From: Phoronis australis | Lineage: Eukaryota > Animalia > Phoronida | NCBI GenBank assembly: GCA_002633005.1 | Contig: NMRA01000973.1 | Location: 18,864 to 82,863, forward strand | Reading direction: 5' to 3' | Length of the DNA: 64,000 nucleotides | Shown: piece by piece, positions 40,835 through 53,544 of the stretch | Numbering within the stretch: position 1 is the first letter of the stretch | Layout: each line of letters begins with the position of its first letter | Notes under the pieces: model-generated | The model's database searches: none | The model's input: only the letters and a program-made list of their open reading frames with translations | What the model was told of the DNA's origin: nothing | Position numbers and translations under genes: made by a program

Positions 40835-41235
40835 GGCCCGGTCTCCAATCTTTTTACTCGAAATGGAACTCGAAATTAGGTTTGGCATTTTCTACTCTAC
40901 TTTTGGGCGAACTCAAGATAAGTGTCTATTATTCTATGCTTGAGTACACAATAACTTATGCAGATAATTTATTGCCCTTAGTTCACAGTTTGTAAACCCA
41001 ATATTAAAGCAAAAAGTTCGATTTTGAACTCGAAATTTCGAGTTTTTACTCGAGTTTGTAGCAAGAATATAAGGGTCTTCAAGGGCAAACTTGAACTAGA
41101 AACTCCTATGCATAAACTATAATGTATTCGAGCACAGTCTGATAACCAATTATCTTAAGTTCGCACAAAAGGAGCAGAGAAATTGCCAAAAATAGTTTCG
41201 AGTTCGTTTCGAGTACAAAGATTAGAGACCGGGCC
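40835..41235. mobile_element. PIF/Harbinger-type MITE, longer copy
   Basis: TIR GGCCCGGTCTC, exact CTG TSD (40832-40834, 41236-41238). Confidence 0.9.
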
Positions 41236-41441
41236 CTGGTAAACATTTCGAATTCTGTTTCAGTGGCAGATAACCACTCTTAATATCGCTATATATATTA
41301 GTCTATTTATTGCGTTCCAGGCCCATGCAGCTTTATAAAAAGATCACTTTCTACCGATTTGGATTGGACAGCACACAACAGTCCCTAATCTGTATGTAGG
41401 CTAAATTATCACTTAATTGATTATCATGCCATTATCTTAAG

Positions 41442-41599
41442 GTTGCGCTCGTCCAGGCAGACTTCACATGAATTACGGCGAGACGTATTACGAGGCACGT
41501 GATGGCGAAAGATACAAGTGCACTTGCGTCAGAGGACCAGATCCCCAGTTACCGAATGACACGTCCCATTCGCACATTAAATGTCTGGTTGTTCAATAG
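41442..41599 (+). CDS. Gene B terminal exon 4: (G)CARPGRLHMNYGETYYEARDGERYKCTCVRGPDPQLPNDTSHSHIKCLVVQ*
   Basis: AG at 41440-41441, 158 nt, TAG 41597-41599; candidate AATAAA at 41733-41738. Confidence 0.9.
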
Positions 41600-42028
41600 C
41601 AAACATTCCGAGTTTTCACATTGAACTGTAAAGAATGAAAAGAAAACATAAACAGTGACGTGAAGAATGACTTTTTATGTGCTCTGAAACTCCAAAACTT
41701 GATTCGGTTTGCGTATCAGTGTGCAACATTTGAATAAAGTGACTGAAATATATGAACATAACAAGCGGCTATAAAACTGTCTTCAAAAAGGATATACTTA
41801 AGCCAGATACAGAATTCATTTATGGACAAGAGATGTTCTAGTTATTGGTCTGTGGTCCAACGGATGAGAGATCAAAATAACAGTGGAAAATGACAGTATC
41901 ATCATCTTCAAGCCACGTTAAAGGAGAATGCCACCCGATTTAAATAATCTTTTTATCGTCTTAATCGGTGTATATCCACATAGCCTCTTATACAGTCGAC
42001 CTCACCTTGCAGAGAGGTGTCACGTTAA

Positions 42029-45000
42029 AGGAGAATGCCACCCAAAAAACAACCTATTTTGTATCAATTTAGATGAAGTAGTTCTACTCAATAACGACAG
42101 GTTCGGTTGCGTTACCTGACACCTGAAGGCAGACGGAGGTGTTTAAATTATCCATGACGTCGTTGGTTTCGCACGCAGTCTGTTCAGCAGTTCACAACTG
42201 TTACACGGGTTAGTGGTGTCAGCTTATCGCTTGAATTCATCGTTCAACACCAATAAATCACCAAACTTCGATGTAAAACCCTTAAAAATTAATTCACCGA
42301 GTTCTTGTAAAAACGTGTTGTTTTATTTCGCTGTTACGGATTTACTGGTATTTGGACACACCGTAACCTACAAAGTTCGGCAGGCCAATTTACCAAGGTG
42401 CGTAGCAGGAGTTTGGGGTCTGTTCGGAGATAAATTCGAAGTAATCTTCCGTGAAATACAGACAGGAGAACCTAGGTCTGTGTTGTTTATACTTGTGATT
42501 TTATTTTTTGACAAAACCGGCACACAAAACGCTTGTTATACCTGCCCGATCAGGCCCGTCGCGGCCGGATTGACTCGTTATCCCGTCCAGTGCCTCGGAA
42601 TCCGATCAGGTGCGTCGCGGCCGCCGGAACTGGCACGAACATAAACTAGCTGGAGTTGGAAACTAAACCTCCAGTCACGAAATGACTATAATAGTGAGCC
42701 AAAGAAATAATGTGCACGTAATTATTTATGTGAAGTAGCCACGCATCTGAAAATCTACTTGTCGGGGGCAGCGAAGTCGGATTCCCTTTCCACAGACGGT
42801 CATGGCAAAGTTTGGACAGTACCAACAATAGCACCTAGTAATTGCTTCACAACTGCTTTCTGTCAGCAAACACTGAATTAGCATGCGCTCACACGACCTC
42901 GGTGCCCTCTCAATTAATTACGTTTGTTGTCGGCATCAATAACCGGTAACGCAGTGGTTTATTCATTGCTGGCTTCTCAAAACATTTGAACTCACGAGCA
43001 CACCAAGGCATTACAAATTGTATCTAATGAGACAGACTTTGTTTCAGTTTCATATAAGCATTAGTTAGGATCATTTTAGGATGAGAATAATTCAGTTTGA
43101 AACAGAACGCAGAATAGTAAACGTCTACACATGGCATGGCAACTCGCCCGTCGCCAATCCCGACTTAGTCAAGAGCTCATCCGATGAAGACTTCACGGGT
43201 CGGTTCTTTAGGTTTCACAGGTTATCAGTTCGAACCGGAATACACTACTCAAGAATTACTTGAGAGCCGCCGTGAACAAGCATAGGCAACAGAACTTATG
43301 GATACTTCTTTGGTAAGCCGGAATTCGTCAGAGAAATTACTGTCGACAAAATGCCGGCCACAGACACGGAGAAGTTTCACGGTATCATACTTGTTATTAA
43401 CAGCATAACTTTCATTCTTCACTACCGCATGCCACTTCCTAAGCATTTCGGGGTCTTGAGGAAGTCGAAGAAACGATATACCCGCTTTCTTCGCAGCTTC
43501 ATAGTTCGGACAAGTGGGAACCAATGTACTGCAATGTAGCGGAATTCAGTCTGCAGACGAACCATTGACGTCGCTGCGTCGCTTCTCACCATGCCACCGA
43601 CCGGAATAACATTAAGCGTTTTGTGTGTTTCGAACTCAAAAAATTCACAAGTATGAACAACAAAGATCTAGGTTCTCATGTCTGTATTTCACGGAAGATT
43701 ACTTCGAATTTATCTCCGAACAGTCGCGAAACTCCTGCTACGGACCTTGGTAAATGGGCCTGCCGAACTTTGTAGGCTAGCGAAGAGGGAATTCATAAAA
43801 ATCGCGCACTTTGTGACAAGTTTCTGCAAATTGGTACAACGTTAGGAATAGGTAAAACATTTCTAAAAAGCACCGCAAACAAACTGCGCTAATCCCCTGG
43901 TGGCTGCTACGCAAAAAATCCAATATGGCTGCCGCCGAAAATGGAAATTGGCATATTTCGGCTATTATCATCACCAGAGCATGTTGTAAATCCCTGTTTT
44001 CAATATTTTTGGGTGCGGGGAGTTTATTTTTGATGTTATTTTTATGATTTTAGGCCATTTAAGTCTTTTCACACTTTCTCTGAACTAAAAATACCAAACG
44101 CTTGGCCCCGCACATTGTCTCCGGATAGAAAATGTCAAACGCTTGTTCCCGCGCAGCTCCACTCTTGCATCTATTTGTTATAATATTTTTGCTGGTTTGA
44201 ATCAGGCTGTTTATAATGCTCAGAAGAAAAAATGTCAATGACGGTACTCTGATGAGGTCGGTGAATCAAAAATGGTAGGCCTATGCTTCATCGGGATGCT
44301 CCATATCGAAATGGCATCTCAAGAGAGTGGAGGTAAACTGTTGAACGGATCTGGATGGGACCACATGTTATCCCTAGACAATGTCTTTACTCCTGGTGTT
44401 GCACCATCTCCTCTGGGTGGAAAGCATGTCAGGCTTATCAGATATGAATACCAACTCATTCTGGCTTAATGAGTTAAAGAAACAGACATATGATGATGAG
44501 TACTGTCATGAAAGCTCTGGACCNCTTGCATCTATTTGTTATAATATTTTTGCTGGTTTGAATCAGGCTGTTTATAATGCTCAGAAGAAAAAATGTCAAT
44601 GGCGGTACTCTGATGAGGTCGGTGAATCAAAAATGGTAGGCCTATGCTTCATCGGGATGCTCCATATCGAAATGGCATCTCAAGAGAGTGGAGGTAAACT
44701 GTTGAACGTATCTGGATGGGACCACATGTTATCCCTAGACAATGTCTTCACTCCTGGTGTTGCACCATCTCCTCTGGGTGGAAAGCATGTCAGGCGTATC
44801 AGATATGCATACCAACTCATTCTGGCTTAATGAGTTAAAGAAACAGACATACATGTATGATGATGAGTACTGTCATGAAAGCTCACGAAAGCTTTGATAT
44901 GTGGGAAAAACGAGTCTGCAATGCTCCATCAGTTTGTCACTGGAAAAGTGTAAGAGACTACCTGCTAATTTACTGTCGCTCCATTCGAGGTCAGAGACTG

Positions 45001-48000
45001 AGCGATTGGCCATTGACTTTGAAAGACCATGTGAAGAATTGTGTACATGTTTTTTTTGCATGTGGACATACGAATTACGCACGCTGGAGCCAATGCACAA
45101 CTTCCACAGACCCACCCTTCAGTGCACGAAAATTTCATGGAAGGGAAATTTGTTGTTCAGTGTAGTGACAGGAAGTTTTCTTTGACCAGAGCACAGTATC
45201 AAGTTCTTGAAGGAGTACAGTGATGCAAAGGGACTCTACAAGAAGACGAGGAATGATTGAGCTCTCACCGTCAGAAGTGTTGAGGTTAATTGATGAGTTT
45301 GAGGATGCACGCTTCTCAACATCAAGAAGCAATAACAATATGGAGCATCCTGAGTCTTCTATTACTGAACAAACAAAGATTCTGAAGGACCTCAAAGCTC
45401 TATGCGACCTTGTGAAGGAGGGTCGAGTTGTTAGTCCATTCAAGGAGACTGGCTCAGATCTCATTACTTTGGACACTGGTGAGATCATAGATTCTGAGAT
45501 CAGCAACTTCCGTTGGGAAGCTCCGAACATAGGTCAAACCAAAGTCACGAAAATTGTGACCAAACTAGTGTCTGACATCATCTCAATGACCAATTTGTTT
45601 ACTTTCGCCAACAGACCACCCACTGATTTGAAAAAGAATATTGACAAGATGGGATCTGCCAAAGCGAATACGGCTCTCAGCACCAAGATGTTTGTGTCAC
45701 ACCAAGCACGTCCTTGATGAGAGATTGTAGATTTTTCAAGCACGAAAATCAGCGTGAACCCCCATCACTATGTGGTAGAGGTAAACTTCGGTCAAGAACC
45801 ATATCCGATATGTCCGTTCCTGGCCGATGTCAAGCAGTCAATGAAGCTTCTGTTGTTCTCGATGTGGCAGCCATAATACATACTATAAAACCCCAGGGGG
45901 CAAAAGTGTTTGGGGAGTATACACAGATGCAATTGCTACCACACGTGCACAAGAAGAGTGGACGCAGTATGGGACACATACGGAGAGGATAGTCTGAAGT
46001 CATAGACTCGTGTGAAGGGTGGTGAGACTGAAATGCGACAAACACGGGTTTTGGCTAAGGTACCAATGCCCAGGGGAACTCAGTGGCAGACATTCCNAGA
46101 TCATAGATTCTGAGATCAGCAACTGCCGTAGGGAAGCTCCGAACATAGGTCAAACCAAAGTCACGGAAATTGTGACCAAACTAGTGTCTGACATCATCTC
46201 AATGACCAATTTGTTTACTTTCGCCAACAGACCACCCACTGATTTGAAAAAGAATATTGACAAGCTGGGATCTGCCAAAGCGAATACGGCTCTTATCACC
46301 AAGATGTTTATGTCACACCAAGCACGTCCTTGATGAGAGATTGTAGATTTTTCAAGCACGAAAATCAGCGTGAACCCCCATCACTATGTGGTAGAGGAAA
46401 ACTTCGGTCAAGAACCATATCCGATATGTCCGTTCCTGGCCGATGTCAAGCAGTCAATGAAGCTTCTGTTGTTCTCGATGTGGCAGCCATAATACACACT
46501 ATAAAACCCCAGGGGGCAAAAGTGTTTGGGGAGTATACACAGATGCAATTGCTGCCACACGTGCACAAGAAGAGTGGACGCAGTATGGGACACATACGGA
46601 GTGGATAGTCTGAAGTCATAGACTCGTGTGAAGCGTGGTGAGACTGAAATGCGACAAACACGGGTTTTGGCTAAGGTACCAATGCCCAGGGGAGCTCAGT
46701 GGCAGACATACCTCAAAAATTGTTAAAACAAGGACGAGCTCTTCCAGTTCGACATCCAGGACCTTCTGGGCAGCACAGCTGATTCACAGTACCAACTTCT
46801 TACAACAAATGTCGACCTAGTACTCAGCAACAAACCAACAGACGTATCACCATTGTCTCTATTCCTACAGACTGAAACTGACACGAGGATGATGCTGCAT
46901 TTGCAACATGCAGCTGTTCAGGGTCACACCAAGGCTTACTTTAGAACAGTTGTCAGTTTCGTGGTGGTTCTAGCAGTCAGCTTCTTTCACAAGCAACGCC
47001 TCTCAGTGTTGTGGAATGGATTTTGCATCTGGAAAAACTATAAGGATATTTGTATCCACCAAATCTCTCCAAACCTTGGGCCGCAGAAATGTGAAGCCCT
47101 CCCACTCTTCCATGTACTGACTGATTGTGATGTCGTCTCAGCAATGTTCGGGATTGAAAAACAAAGTGCATGGTATGCTTGGGCTGCTTTTCCTGAGGTC
47201 ATAAATATTTTATTGCCATCACTTATGACCCAACTACCCTCACACATGACTCGATTCTTTTACGACACCTTGAACGCTGAATAGTACTAAAATACAGTAA
47301 AAACTGTGGGACCCACTCTGCGAATGAAGCAGGAATGCTTCTGTTCACCCATGGCATCAAGACTCTGGAATCACAACACCAACACAGCATGCTTTATTCC
47401 AACATGCTAGGCGTTCCCAGCTCACTACAGCTTTTGTAGGGAAACAGTAAAAGCCCAGATACCAAACCCATGACTATGGGGTTGGGAATGGAATGCTAGA
47501 GCTACAAAATGGGTGCCATATTGGACAGATCTGGAATATGTAAGCCAGGCGTGTTCGCTACTTCTCCATTGTAGCTGTGTTGTTGCCTGCAAAGACAATT
47601 GTAAGTGCCAACGAGCTCGACTCGGCCGGAGTACCACAGTGTGCAAATGTGAAGATGCCTGCACCAGCAACGACTCTTAAACCTGACATTTCATTTTTCT
47701 CAATATCTAGTTGTTTTATAAGATACATGATACAAACTAGCAGTCAGCAGTGGTAGACAATTCTGTTCATTCAGTTGCTAATAAAGTATTTATGTTTTTA
47801 TAGTCTCAGTCTGGGAATATTGTCACAGTCAGCTGGACAAGTCCTATTTTGTGCAAATCTGGTTTTGGAAAATGGTAATTTTAGAATTTTGTGCAGTTAA
47901 TCACATCGATATACCCATTAATTAAACAAAGTAACTTCTACGAGGACAAACATAAATTTGAGCTATTTGTGAATGACATTTGCTTTGAAAGTATCGTTTT

Positions 48001-48606
48001 GCATTGGAATTGACCTCAAAACATAAAACCAACACCAGAAATGAACTTCTCACCCCCCAAAATATTGAAAGGATGATATTACAATTTGTTTTTGTGATAA
48101 TAATAGCCGACATATGCCAATTTCCATTTTTGGCGGCGGCCATATTGGATTTTGCGCGTAACGACCACCAAGGGGTAAGCACACTTTGTTTGCGGTGTTT
48201 TTTGAATTTCCTTTGCTTATACCTAACAGCGTACCAAATTGCAAAAACTTGTCACAAAGTGCCCAAAGTGTACATATGCCCTCCCTGCTAAGGCTACGGT
48301 GTGTCCAAATACCAGTAAATCCGTAACAGCGAAATAAAACAACACGTTTGTATTTTTAAGGAATTTACATCGAAGTTTGATGATTTATTGGTGTTAAACG
48401 ATGAATTCAAGCGATAAGCTGACACCACTAACCTGTGTTGTGAACTGCTGAACAGACTGCGTGTGAAATAAATTACGTCATTGGATAATTTCAACACCTC
48501 CTTCTACGGTCAGGTGTCAGGTAACGCAACCGAACGTGCCGTTATCGAGTAGAACTACTAGATCTAAATTGATACAAAATAGGGTGTTTTGGGGTGGCAT
48601 TCTTCT
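42029..48606 (-). mobile_element. Non-autonomous Kolobok element with THAP remnant and long TIRs; carries a nested Academ
   Basis: TTAA TSD (42025-42028, 48607-48610), AGGAGAATGCCACCC ends, THAP at 43249-43540 (VPTCPN...SFLRLPQD...KWHAVV...RVCGRHF). Confidence 0.85.
43778..48290 (+). mobile_element. Academ (AcademX) DNA transposon, decayed, nested in the right TIR of the Kolobok
   Basis: TAG...CTA termini, ~270-bp TIRs, 4-bp TSD AGGC; motifs GMLHIEMA, GHTNYARW, FFKHENQREPPSL, XPG-like ETDTRMMLH...FHVLTDCDVVS, Cys-rich CSCVVACKDNCKC...CKCEDAC. Confidence 0.9.
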
Positions 48607-50574
48607 TTAAAATCAAAACTGATATACATGTACGTACATTGTGTTAAACGACCGGGGTAAACAAATGTTTTGGTTGCGTCTATTAACATACAATTACTAA
48701 ACTTAGTTCAGTATTATACACGCGTACTTGCCAATAAGTATTGGTTGCTTGAGAACATGAAATTGCTGCTTTGCTCATTTTAAGGTTGTCAAAAGTGGTG
48801 TTGCAATATTACAACGTGGGGGCTTCCAGGGTTAACAAAAATGAAACAGAAACAGTATTTCTAACAAGGCAGCCTGAGCACGTGAAAAACACAAAAGAAA
48901 ATGGAATCTCCTGAATTCATGAAACTGGAGAATGTTAATTTGAAATAAAACAGCATGTTGATTTCAACAAATGACTATCTGTTTTCATCCGATCTTTACG
49001 CAAACACTTTTATTCGATACCTAAGCCCAAATAACACTCTTTCCACAAGGCGTCGAATTTTTTTCAAAATAAACTGAAGTTAATTCAGATTTTTAGATTG
49101 TTTTTTATTCTTTTGTGTGGTGTCCCAAGAACAGATAGATACCGTGCGAAGTTTCTATCGAAATTCGAATGTCTTACGGAGGTACAATACGAACTTGTCA
49201 ATGAAATTTCGCTTACTCTCAAGACCGTACATGGCCTTAAGCTTGGTATACCGGAGAAAACCTTGCGTCTTCAATCAAATAATCACGTTCACGTTACTAT
49301 AATTCGTCAACGCGTAAATGGATGGTCGTGAGATCAATAATTACAAAAATTCTCTACATTGAACTAAAATTTCTTTAATGTGTATCTAATTCCAAGCTCA
49401 CGCATACCTGATATTCAGATTAAGCAACATTCAAGTTCACGCTCATCAAGCAAGTTATGGAAGGCGTTCGGCATAAGATAGCTCTTCCTTCGTTGAAAAG
49501 ACCTGCTAAGCGTCTTTGAGTTGACTATTACCGCCGTAAATTTTTAATTGAAGATTAGTTCGAACGCCGCTGTTACACATTCTCAGTTGGCAAAGAGTGA
49601 GGTATAGGTAAGTCATCAACACAATTCGACGAGGCGCCACGTGTGCTAACCTCAGTTCTCGGAATCAGGTAGATCTATTGTACTGCTTTAGCAGTACACA
49701 ATAGAACACTCCGACATTGCAGTATTCGGTACCAAGTATTCCTTTATCAAAACTATCCCGTAACCCAAAGTGAAATGTCCGGTGAGCTACAATTTGTCGG
49801 TGCAAAACTTGGGATATCTTACTGAAAAATAGACAGTGCTCTCTTAGAACCAGAGTCTATGGAACACAGGCGAGAGGAAACTCGCAGTTTCAGTTAGACT
49901 GGTTGGCCACATTGGCAAGTTTATTCTCAACACTGAGAAATACATCTACTATTGGCGGTGGGTGGACATTTACCTCAAAGAGAACAATACACCTAAGCTT
50001 TGAGCTCCATTGAAGACGTTTTAATGACAAATGGTAATTATTGTACGTTTCCAATTGTCTTCATGGGCATTGTATGTCAGCTCGAGCAGTCCATAAGAAC
50101 AATTAATTCTTCACGAAACATCCCCCTCCCGTTTTCTATTTAGTATTATTTAGTGCACGGCCTTGAATACTGCGCTTTTCTCGTTGTGTGCAGCACCCCC
50201 CCCCGCAAATCACTTTGACTCATAACCAGGTTTTTCCAAAACGTTTCGCGACACGAATTTGGAAGAAGTCCTGATCAAATTGCATTTAATTATTTATAGT
50301 TTTATGGCTCTTATGAAGGCTATACATTTGTTATCTGTTTACGCAACAATTGATCAAGCAAATATCAATATTCAATGTTCATAAAAATTGATCATAATTG
50401 GTGGAATCATGAGAAACATGATTTACTAGATAAAACCCACTTTCAATTGAGGACAACAATGACACATATTTCTGGAAAAAGGTGAACCTTAACCATTAGC
50501 AATCGCCCTTTAACGATTTGTATTTAGTGACAGATATACGTTTTCAGTAAGTTGGGTTTAGAATTCGCAATTTA

Positions 50575-50850
50575 AGAGACACAGAACAAGAATTTTAACT
50601 AATTCAGCTACTCCCACTAATCGATGCGCCATCTGTAGGCTGGTAGGTAACGTACATGACGTCATCAACAGGCTCACAATTTTAGAGACACCAAACACGC
50701 ATTTCAGCTAATTCAACCATTCTCACTAATCGCTGTGGCACCTGCCTGCAGCCAGATAACGTACATGACGCCAGCAAAAGGCTCAACACAAGAGATACTA
50801 AATACGCATTTCAAGTAATTCCACTATTGCTACTTATCGCTGCACCACTA
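50575..50850. repeat. Degenerate tandem repeat, ~108-bp unit, about 2.5 copies
   Basis: AGAGAxAC...CTAATTC...CACTAATCG...AACGTACATGACG recurs at about 50575, 50683 and 50791. Confidence 0.65.
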
Positions 50851-51339
50851 TATTATTTGTAAAAATTATCATGCTATTTATTTATTTAGACAAAGTTTCA
50901 TTATCGTGCTCTTGACAATGTGAAAATCATTGATTCAAAACGAGTTTAGGGGGTTATGTAATACAATCGAGGAGTGTAGTATAATAAAAGGTACCACTAC
51001 GCCATCTTGCAATTCGCCGAAATGATTATCGGTCGAAAAATTAGAGCCCCAAGCGGCGAATAAGCAATACTAATATAGCGGCAGGAGTCCGAACCAAGTA
51101 AACACTGATAAATTCGTACTTTAATGACGTTTGACGTGCAATGGAATTTCTGTGTGATTAATATTGTGTAAATTACGTACATTTATATTCAAGTATCCAA
51201 TGAGAATGAAAATGCGTGTTGACAGTAAGATTTTTACTTTCATTCTCTTGAAGCTTCGTTCAAAACCATGGTTTTGTTTCACGTTTGAGTTTTTACAAGG
51301 CAAATTACCGTTCCAAATTACATTTCATACATCCATAGA

Positions 51340-51603
51340 CTACATGTACATAATTTTAGTGATTGCTCTTGGGAGTTCAGGAGAGAGTTGACCCCAGGTG
51401 CCAGGAAGGGGGGATACATGGGACGCCAACCATTGTTGACATGGCATGGCAGACCATACCAGCTTCTTCTTCATACATGTACATGTAAGACCATTAATAA
51501 ACATGGACTCCTCGAAGTGACAAGAGCATAACTTGCAGTTATTGGACAAGTAGTATCCCGCATCTCTATTCCTACAGTTAAGTTCGGCTGTCAGCGCTTG
51601 CAC
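51340..51603 (-). mobile_element. THAP-domain transposon remnant
   Basis: KLCSCHFEESMF...KKKLVWSAMP matches the THAP C-x-x-HF and LxxxAVP boxes. Confidence 0.6.
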
Positions 51604-51853
51604 CTACAGTAATAGAAATCAACGAGAAACTCGGAAACAAACGTCATACTCCTCAAGGCTGGTAGCCTACACATTACACTACATTACAGTAGTCCTGTTG
51701 CACTATGTCTGAGATACAGAAATAACCGTCTTGGTGTCAACTAAAAAATTTAGGACTCAAATGTCGATCCAGGGATATTTTTAGATCCGCGCCCCGCAGC
51801 ATTGGCGCATAGAATTACATGTAAGTTTTCATTGACACACTAGTGTTTCTTAA

Positions 51854-53544
51854 AGGCGAAGGCAACCTTTTTCCATGTAATTTTGAGCTAAAATAAAGTT
51901 GGTTGGTTATCCTAGATATATTTTCCACTTAATTACAGCTTTTCGTAATTTTATTAATTACTCGTCCGCTACTCCGGAAGTGACGTTTTAGGAGTCAAGC
52001 GTTTCCCGCCACTTGGTTTCGAGTTGACTTTACCGTGCAAATCTGTTCTATTTTACTTTTCTTTTGTGCAGTTTTTCAACAATTGTCGCCACCACTTTCC
52101 ATCGGCGAGTATTCTGCTGCAAGATAGGTTAGTAGAGAACTCAACTACGTTGGATTGAGGGATTGTTTAGTGTGTTGTAAGTTGAAAATGGCTGGTGACC
52201 CGTATCACAGTGACAGTAGTGTGAGTGACGGAGACCTTGTTCAAAGCAGTGGTGACGAAGATTTTTTTCACGGACATTCAGTGGGTGGGTACATGTTTGA
52301 GCCCGAGTATAACGAGGCAGAGTACGCACAGGCACAGACAGCTGCTGAGAGAAACGAGGCGGCTACTGAGGACAGTAGTGGTGACACAACTTGGTGCAAA
52401 TGCACTGTGTACGTTGTTATGCCTACCTCAATGGAATGCTGGTGCAGTTCAGAGTTCGAAGAGGCCAAGCCACTACTGGGCATGGTTAAGTGGACCTCCG
52501 GCATACCACGGACAGAGGAACAACTGTCCCAGTTGCCAGAGTGTCCCGCGACACACTCTCAGTGGATGGTTACCTGAGCACCCAAAATGCTTACATCGTG
52601 TCGTGTGACTCTCGCCACACACCTGGCACCTTCTAAATAGCTTCAACACTTTAGAAAAGTCCACAATAAACTTATCAAAGTTTGGCTCACCGATCTGTTC
52701 ACTTGACGACGAACTGTCCTCCTCACTGGGTGTCGAAGTGGGCCTGTAATCACTCCCACTACTCAATATCGCTACAGAGCTGCTTAGAGGCTCTGGGCTG
52801 GAGAAAACAGCACAGGGCGAATCACTACTGGTTCCAGGAATTGCGCGCTCTGGGTTACGTTCGGAGGCACGGGAGACAGTACAGTAGATGAAGTGCCTCC
52901 ACTGGCTCCAGTCACTGTACTGGCCACAGCTCGCGAGGCTTCTCGCTTCAAAAACGCACTTCTCGGGGGTGGCGACGGGGCACTGCCGGGAATCAACACA
53001 GACGGAATGGCATCCTTCTTCAGGCGTTGTTTCGCAGGGACCTTCATCAGTTCAGCGTACAAATCCCTTTCGTAATCGGACGGCAGAAAGTGCTAGCCAC
53101 AAAAGTACGGTAATTCTCCACTGCTTTGTACGTTGCGTGGACAGGTAACGCTGCGTTCTTCACACGAACGAGCCAAGTACGGCGAAGTGTGTCATCCATC
53201 GGAAAGCGATGCAAAGGTACTCCCAAAGCGCGCGTGAGCCGATAATTAGTACATCCCGGTACGCAGCAAGAGTGTGGCATGTTGACTGACTAGTAAATGA
53301 AAGCAAACGACGACGGAACATAACACAACCGAGGTAGAACAATGACTGACTCGGCAGCTCTCACAGTCGGACTATATGAAAAGAAATTGGCGCGAAATGC
53401 TTGCCTCCTAAAACGTCACTTCCAGAGTAGCGGACGAGTAATTAATGAACTACGAAAAGCTGTAATTAAGTGGAAAATATGTCTAGGATAACCAACCAAC
53501 CTTATTTTAGCTCAAAATGACATGGAAAAAGATTGCCTTCGCCT
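51854..53544. mobile_element. Internally deleted Kolobok transposon with convergent KolX (+) and THAP-transposase (-) 5' halves
   Basis: TTAA TSD (51850-51853, 53545-53548), ~160-bp TIRs; + strand YMFEPE...WCKCT...MPTSMECWCSSE; - strand MPHSCCVPGCTN...LHRFP...RLKKDAIPSV and KFIVDFSKVLKLFRRCQVC. Confidence 0.92.

Larger units (their letters stand above)
13970..41599 (+). other. Gene B: complete 4-exon gene, 182-aa secreted 12-Cys protein; join(13970..14076,29231..29334,31536..31715,41442..41599)
   Basis: 107+104+180+158 = 549 nt open frame, intron phases 2,1,1, all GT-AG, same structure as gene C. Confidence 0.85.

Noticed and set aside
44164-46710. Internal tandem duplications in the Academ ORF around N at 44524 and 46097
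   Set aside because: Single-N join artefacts rather than domain duplications
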